Positions 1 through 12,340 of a DNA stretch of 64,000 nt are shown here, piece after piece. Position numbers and translations under genes: made by a program. The notes below the pieces were generated by a model. It did no database searches and was not told where the DNA came from. It worked only from the letters and a program-made list of their open reading frames with translations. The stretch comes from the human T2T-CHM13v2.0 reference genome, Homo sapiens, in the NCBI RefSeq assembly GCF_009914755.1, contig NC_060926.1; one strand, given 5' to 3'. Every line of letters begins with the position of its first letter. The first letter of the stretch is position 1.

Positions 1-343
1 ATCCAGTAGTGACTTTTACATTTTATATCTAAATAGAAGCTGGAGGCTTTGTTGGGTACTCATAGGCATAAAATATTATGTTATTTATTATAGAGTTAAA
101 TGCTACAAAGACAAATCTAATTAATAGGCCTATTTTCCTTTTTAAGTTCTACTCATAATTTCTTCATAGTTTTTATGATAAAAGGTTGGATTTTGATTAG
201 AACTCCCATGCTTTTGTGTCAGAATTAAAACTGGTATTAGAATAAATAATTCAAAAGCTAGAGAAAGAGTACAATGAGAAGCCATGAGTTGCATTTGAAT
301 TATAATATTATGTCTTACAGATTTGGGGTATATGCTAAAGTTA

Positions 344-632
<289 letters not shown>

Positions 633-1249
633 CTATGAGTCACCACACCTGGTATGAGCCACCGTGCCTGGCCCACAATGACTTTTACACATGTTGTTAA
701 ATCATCTTACAGATTTTATAATTTGGGGGAAGAACAGTTTTACTAAATGGTCTTTTAATGGAAACTCTACAAGAACCAGAATCTTTGCTTTGTTCACTTA
801 TGTATCCATTCCTAGGCCTAGAAAAATGTCTGACACATAGCGGCAATTATTCATTGAATAAATGGACCCAGCGATAGTACATTAGCTATGCTATATGCAT
901 ACATTAAAGATGTAGATTATTGACTTTCAAAAGATAATTAATGTAACTTCTTACTGCTGAATATGTTTGTGAGTTATATTGCTGAGGGACCTTTATCTTC
1001 TCATTCTTTCATCTTAACCCAGTGTTATAAAATTGAAATCACCAATATTATTCCATATCTAAAATTAATATCTACCTTGTAAAAAATATCACCCTGCTGC
1101 ATTTGACAATAGACTTTTTAGGTAATAATGATGCAATCCATAGGGTTTTTTGGGGGCACAGAGGGATTCATGCTAACAGAACATTTTATTTTCTATTTTC
1201 CCAGAGCTGTAAAACATGAAATTGGGGTAGTATAAGGCATATTTTTACT

Positions 1250-2160
1250 CTTTTTATAATTTTTTCTAAAAAAAATTAGTGTTTGTTCCCTATATAACTT
1301 TTAACTTTATAGGTAAATATTTGTCTCTTTCAGCTCCAGTTTTATGTGAAATAGAGTTTTCAGATTTATGTAGCATGGAAAGTTTTAATATGTCAGAGTT
1401 ACTGATTTTTGCCATTTTCTCAATTATTTCTTTTTTATCTTTAGTTGATTTTTTTGTAGTGACACATTTTGTTTCTAGTCTCATTTCCTTTTGTTTATAT
1501 TCTATGTATATTTCGTTTTTGGTTACTATGAGAATTACATATAACATCCTAGAGTTATAACATTTTAATTTGAATTTATTTCAACTTAAGTTCAATCACA
1601 TACCAGAATTCTACTGCTATACATATAGCTCTACTCTTTTTATGTTATTGATGTAACAAATTATATCTTTATTCATTGTATACCAGCTAACAGATTTACA
1701 ATTACATTTTATGCATTTGCCTTTTAAATTATGTAGAAAATAAAAAGCAGAGTTAGAAACCAAAATTACAATAGGACTGTTTTTATGTTTGTTTATGTAT
1801 TTACCTTTACAGAGAGCTTTGTATATTCATACAGCTTGCTTATTTACTTATATAGTTATTGCCTAGAGTTCATTTATTTCAACCTGAAGGACTTAACACT
1901 TCTTGAATGGCAAATTCAGGGATAAATGGATTTTTTTTCAGTTTTAAAAAAAATCCGGAAATGTCTTAATTTCTCCCTCATTTTTGAAGGATAAGTTTTC
2001 CAGCTATAGATTTCTCAATTGACAGGTTTCTTCATTATTTTAAATATATAATCCACTGCCTACTGGCCTTCAAGGTTTCTGCCGAGAAATCAGCTGCTAA
2101 TGTTTTCTGGATCCCTATCTGTGAGAGTTGCTCTTCTCTCTGAGTTTTCAACATTCTCCC
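1250..2160 (-). mobile_element. Ancient L1 (L1M-type) fragment, 5'/ORF1-related
   Basis: The minus ORF 1290..1547 contains IEYKQKEMRLETKCVTTKK, typical of decayed L1M sequence; TTTTTGAAGGATAAGTTTT...GAGAAATCAGCTG motifs resemble antisense old L1. Confidence 0.55.
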
Positions 2161-2167
2161 ATTATCT

Positions 2168-2345
2168 TTTGTTTGTTTTTGAGACAAATAATTGTACATA
2201 TTCATGGGATACAGAGTGATATTTTGATACATGTATACAATGTCCAATGATCAAATAAGGATAATTAGCATATCCATCACCTCAAATATTTGTCATTTAT
2301 TTGTATTGTGAACAGTCAGCATTCTTTCTTCTAGTTTTTAAATTT
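2168..2345 (-). mobile_element. L1MA-type 3' end fragment
   Basis: AATAATTGTACATATTCATGGGATACAGAGTGATATTTTGATACATGTATACAATG...ATCCATCACCTCAAA matches antisense L1MA 3' UTR. Confidence 0.75.
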
Positions 2346-3059
2346 ATAAACATTTAAATTTTATTACAGAAATTTAAATTTTTTGATTCTGAAAAAGTCA
2401 TATATGTATGCAACATCGTTTTATCATTTATTTATATATTTATGCATCTTTCCTTTTAGTTTTGACAGATATTTTCTATTTTATCATTATTTCAAAAGAA
2501 CTCTTACCTGTATTTATTTATCAATTATATTTCCCTTGTTTTTTCCTAGTATATTAATTTATTTACTTATCTTCTAAAAATCCTCCATATAATCTGTTTA
2601 TTTTGTTTCCTTTCTATAATTTCTTCAATGATTAGTTCTGTTCTGTTTTCCATTAAAATATTTAAATCTCGTATGAATTTTTGTCAGATTAGAAATTTAG
2701 GGCATTTCTTAATTTCTCTATATTCTAGCTTTTGACTTTTTTTTTTCTGACCTAAGAGGTATTTAGAGCACATTTTAGATTTTTTATTTTGACTAATCAT
2801 TTAAAATGTATACTAATCTTCAATTTAAATAAAAAACTGGTCTATAGTGACAAAAATTACAAATGAGCCTAACTAATAAATTATCAGTTGTGTTTATATG
2901 TATAGGCATGCACAGATTTTGGTAAATATGTACATAGTATATTGGTGAGCTTATTTTTGTCGTTCTTAACTCATTGTGTAGTCTAAACGTTGGGGAAAAA
3001 ATAAAATACAATAATCAGATGGTGTGAGTAAGAAAATTGTTCTGATGTTTGTAAACCAA

Positions 3060-3227
3060 GCAACGGTTTTAACTGCTCCCCTCTTCCCGATTGACTTCTA
3101 AAAGGGATTGATCCATATTGGGTCCTGTCGTATATGTCACGGTGCAACTGTTTTAACTGCTCCCCTCTTCCCGATTGACTTCTAAAAGGGATTAATCCAT
3201 ATTGGGTCCTATCATATATGTCACGGT
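3060..3227. repeat. Direct tandem duplication, 2 x 84 bp
   Basis: Units start at 3060 and 3144 (GCAAC[G/T]GTTTTAACTGCTCCCCTCTTCCCG...TATATGTCACGGT) with 4 mismatches. Confidence 0.95.
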
Positions 3228-3621
3228 ATAACATCTCCAGCTATAAAATGGAAATTTGAGAATAACTTTGCTGCTACTCAGATACATTTTATTTCAAAAA
3301 CATACACTAAGGTGTTGCTGTTGGATCTTTCCAAAAACATATTCACACAGAACTTTCAATCACACTGAGCCATATTTGAACAATCTTTCAAGGTCAGCTC
3401 TGGCATAAGCATAAGCTAACATTATACCATTTAACTCAGAAATTTCTTTAGTATTTGATTAATGGGTTTATGTTTGATATGTAATGTAATTTTCTAATGC
3501 TAAATCAAGTGGTAATTTTGTTAGTCAAGTTGATTTAGTGGCTTGGGAAGAAAGCTTTTAATGTTCCCCTAATTTTTCTTACCTTTGACATGATCCTTCA
3601 CATGTCTTATTTGCTTAGTGA

Positions 3622-3923
3622 TTTTTCTTTTTTTTTTTTTTTTTTGAGACAGGGTCTTACTCTACCACCCAGGCTTGAGTGCAGTGGTGCGATCACAGCT
3701 CATTGCAGCCTTGACCTCCCAGACTCAAGCTATTCTTCCACCTCAGCCTCCCAAGTAGCTGGTACTACAGGCACATGCCACCAAACTTGGCTAATTTTTG
3801 TATTTTTTGTAGAGACAGAGTTTTGCCAAATTCTCAGGCTGGTCTGGAATTTCTGGGCTCAAGTAATCCTGCCTTGGCCTCCCAACATGCTGATATTACA
3901 GACATAAGCCACAGTACCCGGCC
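3622..3923 (-). mobile_element. Alu (AluJ-like)
   Basis: Poly-T, then GAGACAGGGTCTTACTCT...GACCTCCCAGACTCAAG..., ending AAGCCACAGTACCCGGCC. Confidence 0.92.
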
Positions 3924-4089
3924 AGTTTTCTTTTTTAAAAAATCTATTGGTTATTAATTTGAAGCCTTCCTTTTCATAGCTGTGCTCCTTAATTGGGAGC
4001 AAACATGAATGGACCACAACTTAGCCAATTTTCTATATACGATCTTTGCCATCCTAATTTAAAGGAATATTAATTCTTTCTTTTCCTCT

Positions 4090-4860
4090 TTCATTCCACA
4101 AACCTGTATTGACTACATCTAAGTTCTAAATGGTGCACTGGATGTTGAAAAAGTCGATGATGAGCAAGAACAAAATTCCTGCTTTCAGGAGACTTACAGT
4201 TCAATATGGGAAATATAATTTGTTAAAATATAAAAGTGCAATTGTGTTACATGCTGTACGAAGTACATGTTGACATGTGAGTATATAATAAATGGGCTGG
4301 AGGCCAGAGGATTGCCAAAGAGAATGGGCCTCCTGCTGAGATGAAAAGTTGAGCAGGGATTAGTTGGCGAAAGTGGAGGGACGACTCTTTCTAGGCAGGA
4401 GGAAGAACATGTACAGAATCTCTGAGGTGTGATGCGACAAAGTCTATATAAAAAACTGAAGAAAGGTCTAATGTGGCTTAAATACAGAAGCTAGTAGGAG
4501 AGGAGTTGAAAGGAGGCTGGAGAAGTAGAAAGTGTCTGCATTCTGCAGGAACTTATATTGTATAAAAAGAATTTCTCTTTATTCTAAGTGCAATGTGAAG
4601 CCAATGAAGTGCCTTAAACAGGTGATGTGATTTGATTGAATTTATTACTTCACTTAACAAATATTCATTACATGCCCACTGTTTGTCAGATATTGCTGTA
4701 GCCCCTGGTGATACAGTAGGGAATAAAACAGGCAAAAATCCCTGTCCTCTTGCAGCTTATAATGGACTGCAATGTTTAATATGTCAGAGGAGGTCCACGG
4801 AGGAGTGACTTCTAAGCAAGAATCTGAAAAAAATGAGGCTATCTAAGGAGGGAACAAATG
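4090..4860 (-). mobile_element. L2 LINE remnants (at least two fragments)
   Basis: Antisense L2 3'-end-like motifs (TTCATTCCACAAACCTGTATTGA; TTAACAAATATTCATTACATGCCCACTGTTTGTCAG...CCCTGTCCTCTTGCAGCTTA). Confidence 0.55.
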
Positions 4861-4998
4861 GTTCAAAAGCCCTATAATTGCAAGCAGGCATGATGAAGCA
4901 ATTGCAGTTGTCCTGACTCTCAACACCGTGGAACTCAAAGGAGATGGAAAGATTCTTTCTCTCCCTCATATATTTTCTCTCTTTCTGTCTATATATAT

Positions 4999-5123
4999 AG
5001 AATATGAGACATTTCCCTAATCATTATGTGTAATTACAATTACATATATATATGTATGTAATATATAAACATATATATGTAATTGTAATTACACATAATG
5101 ATTAGGGAAATGTCTCATATTCT
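4999..5123. repeat. Perfect inverted repeat, 53-bp arms with 19-nt AT-rich spacer
   Basis: 4999-5051 AGAATATGAGACATTTCCCTAATCATTATGTGTAATTACAATTACATATATAT is the exact reverse complement of 5071-5123. Confidence 0.96.
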
Positions 5124-6931
5124 TCTACTCAGAAATAAGCAATATAGCAATTACTGTTTTTTACATTTTACAGTTACAGTTTCAGAGAAAGTTTGATATT
5201 TATCTAAAATTTTTCAATGTATGAACTTTTTCATTTGGCAAACCATAATTGTACATATTCTTGGGATACAGAGTGATATTTCTTTACATGTATAGAATGT
5301 GTAGTGATCAAATCAGGGTAATTTCCACTAATTTAAAATGCCACCTTTATGTTATTGTAATTTATATATATACTATATATATATACACACACACATATAT
5401 ATATACATGTCCACATACAGTGTGTGTGTGCACATGTACACACATGCATATGTGTATGTAATGCCCAGTATAAGCAATGTGCACAAATAAAATTAGCTAA
5501 CAGAGATAGTATAGAGTGAGAGGAGAGGCAGATTAATCTTTGAGGAAAAGCACAATTTTATGGCTGAATGGAGAAAGCTGAGGTGGTTTCTAAGATGGAG
5601 AATAAGACAAAAAATGTAAGTACGTTGTTTGACTGAATTCAAGAAAGAAGGGTAAAAGAGAAGAAAGTAGTGGTCTTATCATTAAATGCCACAGAGAGGT
5701 AAAGATAAAAACAACATATTGTTTTGGGTTTAGTAATTTAAGGGTTACCAAATTCCGTTTTGGAGGAGGAACAGATTCCATGTCCACTAGAATGGAATGA
5801 ACGAGAAATGGAGGAGGAAAATAGGTAGTTTTTCAAAAGTTTTCAAAAATATGAAAAGAAGAAATGAAATGGTACTTGGAAGAGATTGTTGAAATGGGAG
5901 AGACTATGGTGGCTTGTTTAGAAGCAGTTGAGATAGATCCAATTGAGATAGAGATATTGACTATATAAACAAAAGAATGACAAATTAATAGTGTAATGGA
6001 TAACTTGACTTTGGCAAATATTGTGAATTTTTGTGAAAGTACAACTAAAAGGCAATGTCACTCCAATAATCACCAGAATAATCAATTTGCTTATTGCTGT
6101 CCCTTTAAATATAGTTCTCTGGTATCAACTAACATGTTTTTAACTAATGATGCTTCTTAAAGAAAAGGGAAAAGACCTTTTTCTTTCTTTCAGTCTTCAA
6201 TGATTCACTGCTTCATCTCGCTCCACCAAAGATAAATGAAATCTACATCTCTTATACATTAACAATGCATGACAATTTATAAATAGCTAAATTTTTGGAG
6301 CTAACTTTAAGTACCTGAATGGAATTTAATCAACCCACTAATCTTCTCACTTCTCAGTTATTTATCAAGTTTATGTCAAGGGACAAGGAAAAGTTATCCA
6401 AATATTGTTTAAAACAATCATCATTAATTAGTAACACTTATCCAGGGGGGTTTTTAACCTTTCCCCCACTCAAGGATTATTCTAACGTCAGAGTAGAATA
6501 AAAAATAAGTGCAGCGATGCTGACTCTTCCAAGCTTAACATTTCTCACAAGTCAATTAGCTTTGTACTGGGAGGAGGGCGTGAAGGGCTGCTTGCGGTAG
6601 TTGTGTAGCAGCAGCACAATGGCCGCAGACAAGGAAAACAGTTTCTAGGAATTCCTCGTATATAATTTTATATTTTTGACAAGATTAATGACCCATGCTC
6701 CCTTCCTCTCCATTTCTTTTTTTGGAATTCTGTTGGTATGTAGTTACTATATTTTATTAAAGGAAATTAGCCTTATCTCTTATTATATTTTATTAAAGAA
6801 AATTATTATATTATTCCTTTATATTCTTATTAAAGGATTTTATTATTATTATTATTAAAGGAAATTAGCCTTATCTCTTATTATATTTTTTATGACCTTC
6901 AAAGTAGTGTCTCTGCTTAAAAGTGTACCCT

Positions 6932-7229
6932 GGCCGGGCGTGGTGGCTCACACCTGTAATTCCAGCACTTTGGGAGGCCGAGGCGGGTGGATCACGAGGT
7001 CAGGAGATCGAGACCATCCTGGCTAACACGGTGAAACCCCGTCTGTACTAAAAATACAAAAAATTAGCAGGGCATAGTGGCGGGCGCCTGTAGTCCCAGC
7101 TACTCAGGAGGCTCAGGCAGGAGAATGGCGTGAACCCGGGAGACGGAGCTTGCGGTGAGCTGAGATCGCACCGCTGCACTCCAGCCTGGGCGACAGAGCA
7201 GGACTCCGTCTCAAAAAAAAAAAAAAAAA
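6932..7229 (+). mobile_element. AluY, full length with TSD
   Basis: Diagnostic GATCACGAGGTCAGGAGATCGAGACCATCCTGGCTAACACGG and GGCGTGAACCCGGG; poly-A tail; TSD AAAAGTGTACCCT on both sides. Confidence 0.96.
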
Positions 7230-7362
7230 GTGTACCCTGAAGCACACATCAAGCGACATGTAGAGTTCATAAATTCTGGCCAAATGGTCATACCTCAAAC
7301 CTCATCAGCACTAAGGCTCTTTACTTGCACTGACAAATATGAACGCTGGGGAATTTGGAAAT

Positions 7363-7743
7363 GATATATAATATATAATATTATATATATAATAGATATA
7401 TAATATATAATATATATAATATTATATATATAATAGATATATGTAATAGATATACAATATATATTATATATAATAGATATATATTATATATAATAGATAT
7501 ATAATATTATATATAATAGATATATAATATTATATATATAATAGATATATAATATTATATATATAATAGATATATAATATTATATATATAATAGATATAT
7601 AATATTATATATATAATAGATATATAATATTATATATATAATAGATATATAATATATATAATAGATATATAATATATATATAATAGATATATAATATTAT
7701 ATATATAATAGATATATAATATTATATATATAATAGATATATA
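7363..7743. repeat. AT-rich minisatellite (~19-27 bp unit ATATATAATAGATATATAATATT)
   Basis: About 380 bp almost entirely A/T with a recurring AATAGATATATAATATT core. Confidence 0.95.
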
Positions 7744-7779
7744 ACTTTCCATGTGATTTTCCTCTTAATTTTTTTCTAG

Positions 7780-7937
7780 CTGATCCATATGAATTCCTCT
7801 TATTAAGAAAAATAAAGCATCCAGGATTCAATGAAGAACTGACTATCACCTTGTTAATCATTCAGAAACATGTTGCAGACTTAAGCCATTTTTGATATAG
7901 ATACTGAAACAATTACTTGCTAAGAGCAAACTTGAAG
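7780..7937 (+). ncRNA. Putative exon (158 nt) of subtelomeric spliced lncRNA
   Basis: Acceptor CTTAATTTTTTTCTAG|CTG and donor GAAG|GTATGG. The size matches my recollection of the multi-copy subtelomeric lncRNA family (RP11-34P13.7/LINC01881-like), not verified here. Confidence 0.6.
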
Positions 7938-8767
7938 GTATGGATAAGGCCCTGAGTCATCTTCCTGAGCTGAATGATAGTTAAGCTGAATGTACGTATA
8001 AAATACGATTTTCTAACCACTTACTCACCAACAAGGAAAACTTTTAAGTAGAGCAGAACCTGAATAGACAAGACATTTCTTTCTTTTGGTAGAAAATGAT
8101 TTACCATCACTGTCTAGTTAATTGTAGACTAGGTAATTTTAACTTTGTGATTTATTGCCGGAGACATTTTCTTCTGTACTGTAAAGTGTGTGTCAAAAAA
8201 AAATAGCGATTTTGGAGGATTAGGGGAGTTTGATAAATTGCCTGCAATTCTGGCAGTATGAACTGCATATTAATTTCTCTCTTTCAAGAACATTTTTATT
8301 TATTAATTCCTTACAAAAACTCCCTAAACTTTGGAACAGCTCTCAATTGCCTGTATTCTTTTTTTTCTTATTATGGTACTCTTCTAGAGATTTGGCTTGC
8401 ATCTATGAATTAAGCCAGGACATCTTCAGAAATTGTCTGATTAAAAACACCACCAATGGAGTTTCATTTAATTTGTATTGCTCTGACTAGTGAAACACAC
8501 ACATCTATGTTGCTGAGGATATTTTACTGCAGTTTGAGTTGTAATAATAGCTCTGTTTAAGATCCGTCAGTCACTTGAATCTTCTCTAAGGCTTTGTATG
8601 TTAGAAGTTAATTTGCTTTCTTACAAGGCCACATTCTATCTTGTAACTAAACAACTGAATTTTATGTCTTAGCGTAGATGGTTTATTACTTTCTGGTTTT
8701 TCTTTAGTAAGAATCCTATAAAAACACTAGTATTTTTCTCTGAGTTTAAAATTCAACACATGCCTAC

Positions 8768-9148
8768 TGATATGGTTAGGCTTTGTATCCCCACCTGAAT
8801 CTCATCTTGAATTGTAATCCCCATAGCCCTCATAATCCCCACAGGTCAAGGGAGAGACCAGGTGGAGGTAATTGAATCATGGGGGCAGTTTCCCCTGTGC
8901 TGTTCTTGTGATAGTGAGTGCTCACGAGATTTGATGGTTTTATAAGGGATTCTTTCCCCTTTGCTCGGCACTTCTTCATGCTGCCTTGCGAAGAAGCTGG
9001 CTTGCTTCCTCTTTGTCTTCCGCCATGATTGTAGATTTCCTGAGGCCTTCCAAGCTGTGCTGAACTGTGAGCCAATTAAACTTCTTTCCTTTATAAATTA
9101 CCCAGTCTTGGGCAGTTCTTTATAGCAGTATGAAAACAGACAAATACA
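8768..9148 (+). mobile_element. Solo MaLR LTR (THE1D/MSTA type)
   Basis: Starts TGATATGGTTAGGCTTTG...CCCCACC..AATCTCATCTTGAATTGTAATCCCC, ends ...CAAATACA; 5-bp TSD CCTAC on both sides. Confidence 0.92.
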
Positions 9149-9479
9149 CCTACTATGTAAAACTTAAAATACAACAAAACAAAACAATATCTCACTAACA
9201 TAGGAGCTAATATTTTGGTGTACTTTGTTTAGTATTTTATATTAAAAATATGTACATATATATTTATATATAATTAAGAACATGTATGTACAATCGTGCA
9301 TACATCATGTACATACATCTACTTAAGAAAATAGCTATGTAATATACCATTACTCAACTAGATTATAATTTTTTCTCCATTTTTTATTGTAATTTATCAT
9401 TTTCTACTTTTTTGTTTTCTCATTTATTGCATAATATTTAATTATGCAAAAAATACATTAAATACATTGAAAATATATA

Positions 9480-11680
9480 GTGTAGCTATAAGAATAAAGA
9501 ACGATGGTAAAACAAATGCTAATACCCACTACCTGACTTAAAGAATATGATACTATTTTTTTCCAATTGAAATCCCCTCAACTACTCAGAATTACTGCTA
9601 TCCCTTTTATCCTTTCATTAATTTTCTTCTAGTTTTCTCACATGTGAATCTATTTCTAAATACATTTCTTTATTTTGCAAGTTTTTGGACTTCATATAAA
9701 TGTAACCATATTGTATATATTCTTCTTCAGCTTCTTACTTTTTCACTAAACAATATGTTTTGCTGATACTTACATTCATATGTACAGTAATAGTTGATTT
9801 ATTTTAATGGCTATATATTATTCCATTGTTAGAATACACCAGGATTTATTTTTACTTATTTTTTTTGCTGGAAAATTGGGTGTCTTTTTTATTTTTTGAT
9901 ATAACAAACAATGTTGTAATCATTTTGTATTTACTTCCTAGTCCACTCCTGTAAGTTTCTCTTGAGTACATACTAGCAATGAAGATGCTGAGTCACTGCA
10001 TATACATACTCACAAGTTTATTCTATAATGTAATATTCTATAAAGTAGCTGTATCAGTTTATACTTTAACCAGTAATGGACAAGATTTTATGTTACTTCC
10101 CATCTTTGTTAATTATTACTTTTAGACTCTAACTTTTATCAGGCTCATGGATGTAAAAAGTATCTCAGGGTGGTTTTAATTTGCATTTATCTGCTCATCT
10201 ATGAAGATGAGCTTCTTTTCATATAATTATGAGTCATTATTTTTGTTTTGCCTTCTTTTGTTTATGCATTTTGCTTGTTCTATGTCTTATTTTTCCTGTT
10301 GATTTTTGGGAGTTCATATATATTCTAAATGTATATTTATTCACTCATATGTATGTTGCAAATATTACAGTTTATGATTTGTCACCTTATGATATCATCC
10401 AAATAGAGAAGCTTTATATTTTGATGTAGTCATATGTTCATTTTTCCTCCTTAATGTTTGTTTTTCTTGGTTCTATGACCTACCAAATGTAACAAAAATT
10501 CTCATTTATTTTTAATCTAAATGTTTTAAGTATTTTCCTGGAATTCACCTTGAATTGATTTCTATTGGAGATAGATATCCAATCTAATTTGCCTCATATG
10601 GATAACCACTTGTTCTATTACTGCTGTAACAAATTTCTACAAACTAAGTGACCTAAAATAACACAAACTTGTCATCTTACACTGTACACAAGTCAGAAAT
10701 CAGGCATGAATTTTAGTGAACTAAAATCAAGTTGTCGACAGGCATGTTTCTTTATGGCGGCTAGGGTAGAATCCATATCCTGGCCTTTTCTATCTTCTAG
10801 AGAACATCAGCATTCCTTTTCTCATTGCCTCTCCTCTCTCTTTTTAAAGCTGGCAATGTCACATTTCTCTGACCATTCTTTCATTGTCACATCTCTCTCT
10901 GGACTCAGCTAAGAAAGGTTCTCCATTTTTAAGAACTCATGTGATTAGACTGGGCCCATCTGGATAACCCAGGAAGTTCTCTCCATCTCGGTTTGCATCC
11001 TTAATCACATCTGATAAGCCTTTATTGCATTCAGTGTAACATATTCACAGGTTCCAGGGTTAGGCATGGGCATCTTTGAGGGCCATTATTCTCCCTACCA
11101 CATTATTTGCCTAGCATCTTTCATTACATTGTCCATCTATTTACTTACTGATTTCTAATGACATCCAAATCAGTTACAACATTTTATGTAAGCATTGTTT
11201 TTATTTTTATGTTATTCCACTAGTCTGTTTTTCTACTCATGAATTATGGTACATGAGTTTATTTTTGCAACTTTAAGCTCAATAACATGTTTTAAGATTT
11301 CCTCAACTTTCTTTTTCCACTTCTTCAGAAGTTGACTCTTTTGGCCCTTTGGTCTTCTATACACATTTTAGAAATGCTTTGTTGAGGACTAAGAGGAATG
11401 CTAAGATTTTGATAGGAATTTCATTGAATTTTGAGTATATTGGCATGCTACAATGGTTAGTGTTTTATACATGAAAATAATATATCCCTTCCTCTTTTCC
11501 TAGTATCATGAGATGTTTGTTAGGCAGACATGAATATTGAGTTGTATCAAATGTGTTTTTCTGCATTATTGTGGTGGTGATGTGATTTAGCTCCTTTAAT
11601 TAGTTAATGTAATGAATTACATTTGTAGATTGCTCTAACTATTGAAACAAGCTTGAATTTCTGGAATAAGCCCAATGTGA
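9480..11680 (-). mobile_element. Ancient L1 (L1ME-like) fragments, interrupted by an MLT1 LTR
   Basis: T-rich antisense L1 motifs (GTGGTTTTAATTTGCATTT...CTTCTTTTCATAT; GATTTTGATAGGAATTTCATTGAAT). Confidence 0.6.
10612..11102 (-). mobile_element. MLT1 (MaLR) LTR
   Basis: CTATTACTGCTGTAACAAATT..CAAACTAAGTGACCTAAAATAACAC...ATTCACAGGTTCCAGGGTTAGG...GGCCATTATTCTCCCTACCACA is the antisense MLT1 signature. Confidence 0.8.
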
Positions 11681-11681
11681 T

Positions 11682-12340
11682 ATTTATTCAACAAATATTC
11701 ATTGAGTATACCTAGTATGTAACATGCTTTAAGAATACACCAGTGAACCAAACAAATATCTGACATTACAGAACTTAACATTCCAGTATTTGGAGACAGA
11801 CAATAAAAAAGTGAACATGTATATTTACAGTTTGTCAAGGAATGATAAATGAAGACTCTTAAAGTAGATGGGGAATTGGGAGTGAAGTCTGTAATTTAAA
11901 TAGGGTGGGCAGGAAAGCTTCACAGAGAGTGGGACATTTAAGAATAGACTTGAAGGACAGGCAAGAGCAATCTCTATGTTTATATGGGAGAAAAGGTTCC
12001 AGGCAGATGCAGTAACAATGGCAAATATCCTGAAGTAGGATCATGCTGGAGTTTTTGTGGAGCAGCAAGGAGGCTAGTGTGACTGCCACAGAATCACCCA
12101 AGGGAAGATGAGAAGATCAGACCAGACCAGCACTTGGGCATCTAATGGGAAAAGTTTCTCAAGCCATCATAAAAATTTCACTTTTACTATAAATACTACG
12201 AGAAACCATGGGATGTTTTACAGTAAGAAAGGTGGCATAATATGTTACATGTTTTAAACAAACTCTATAGCTTCTGAGTTGAAATAGATTGTAGGGGCTC
12301 ATGGCAGAAGCAGAGGGAACATTTAGGAGACTACTGTAAA
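11682..12340 (-). mobile_element. L2 LINE 3' fragment
   Basis: ATTCAACAAATATTCATTGAGTATACCTA (reverse complement of the L2 3' end), followed by AGACTTGAAGGA...GCAGCAAGGAGGCTAGTGTGACTG. Confidence 0.75.
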
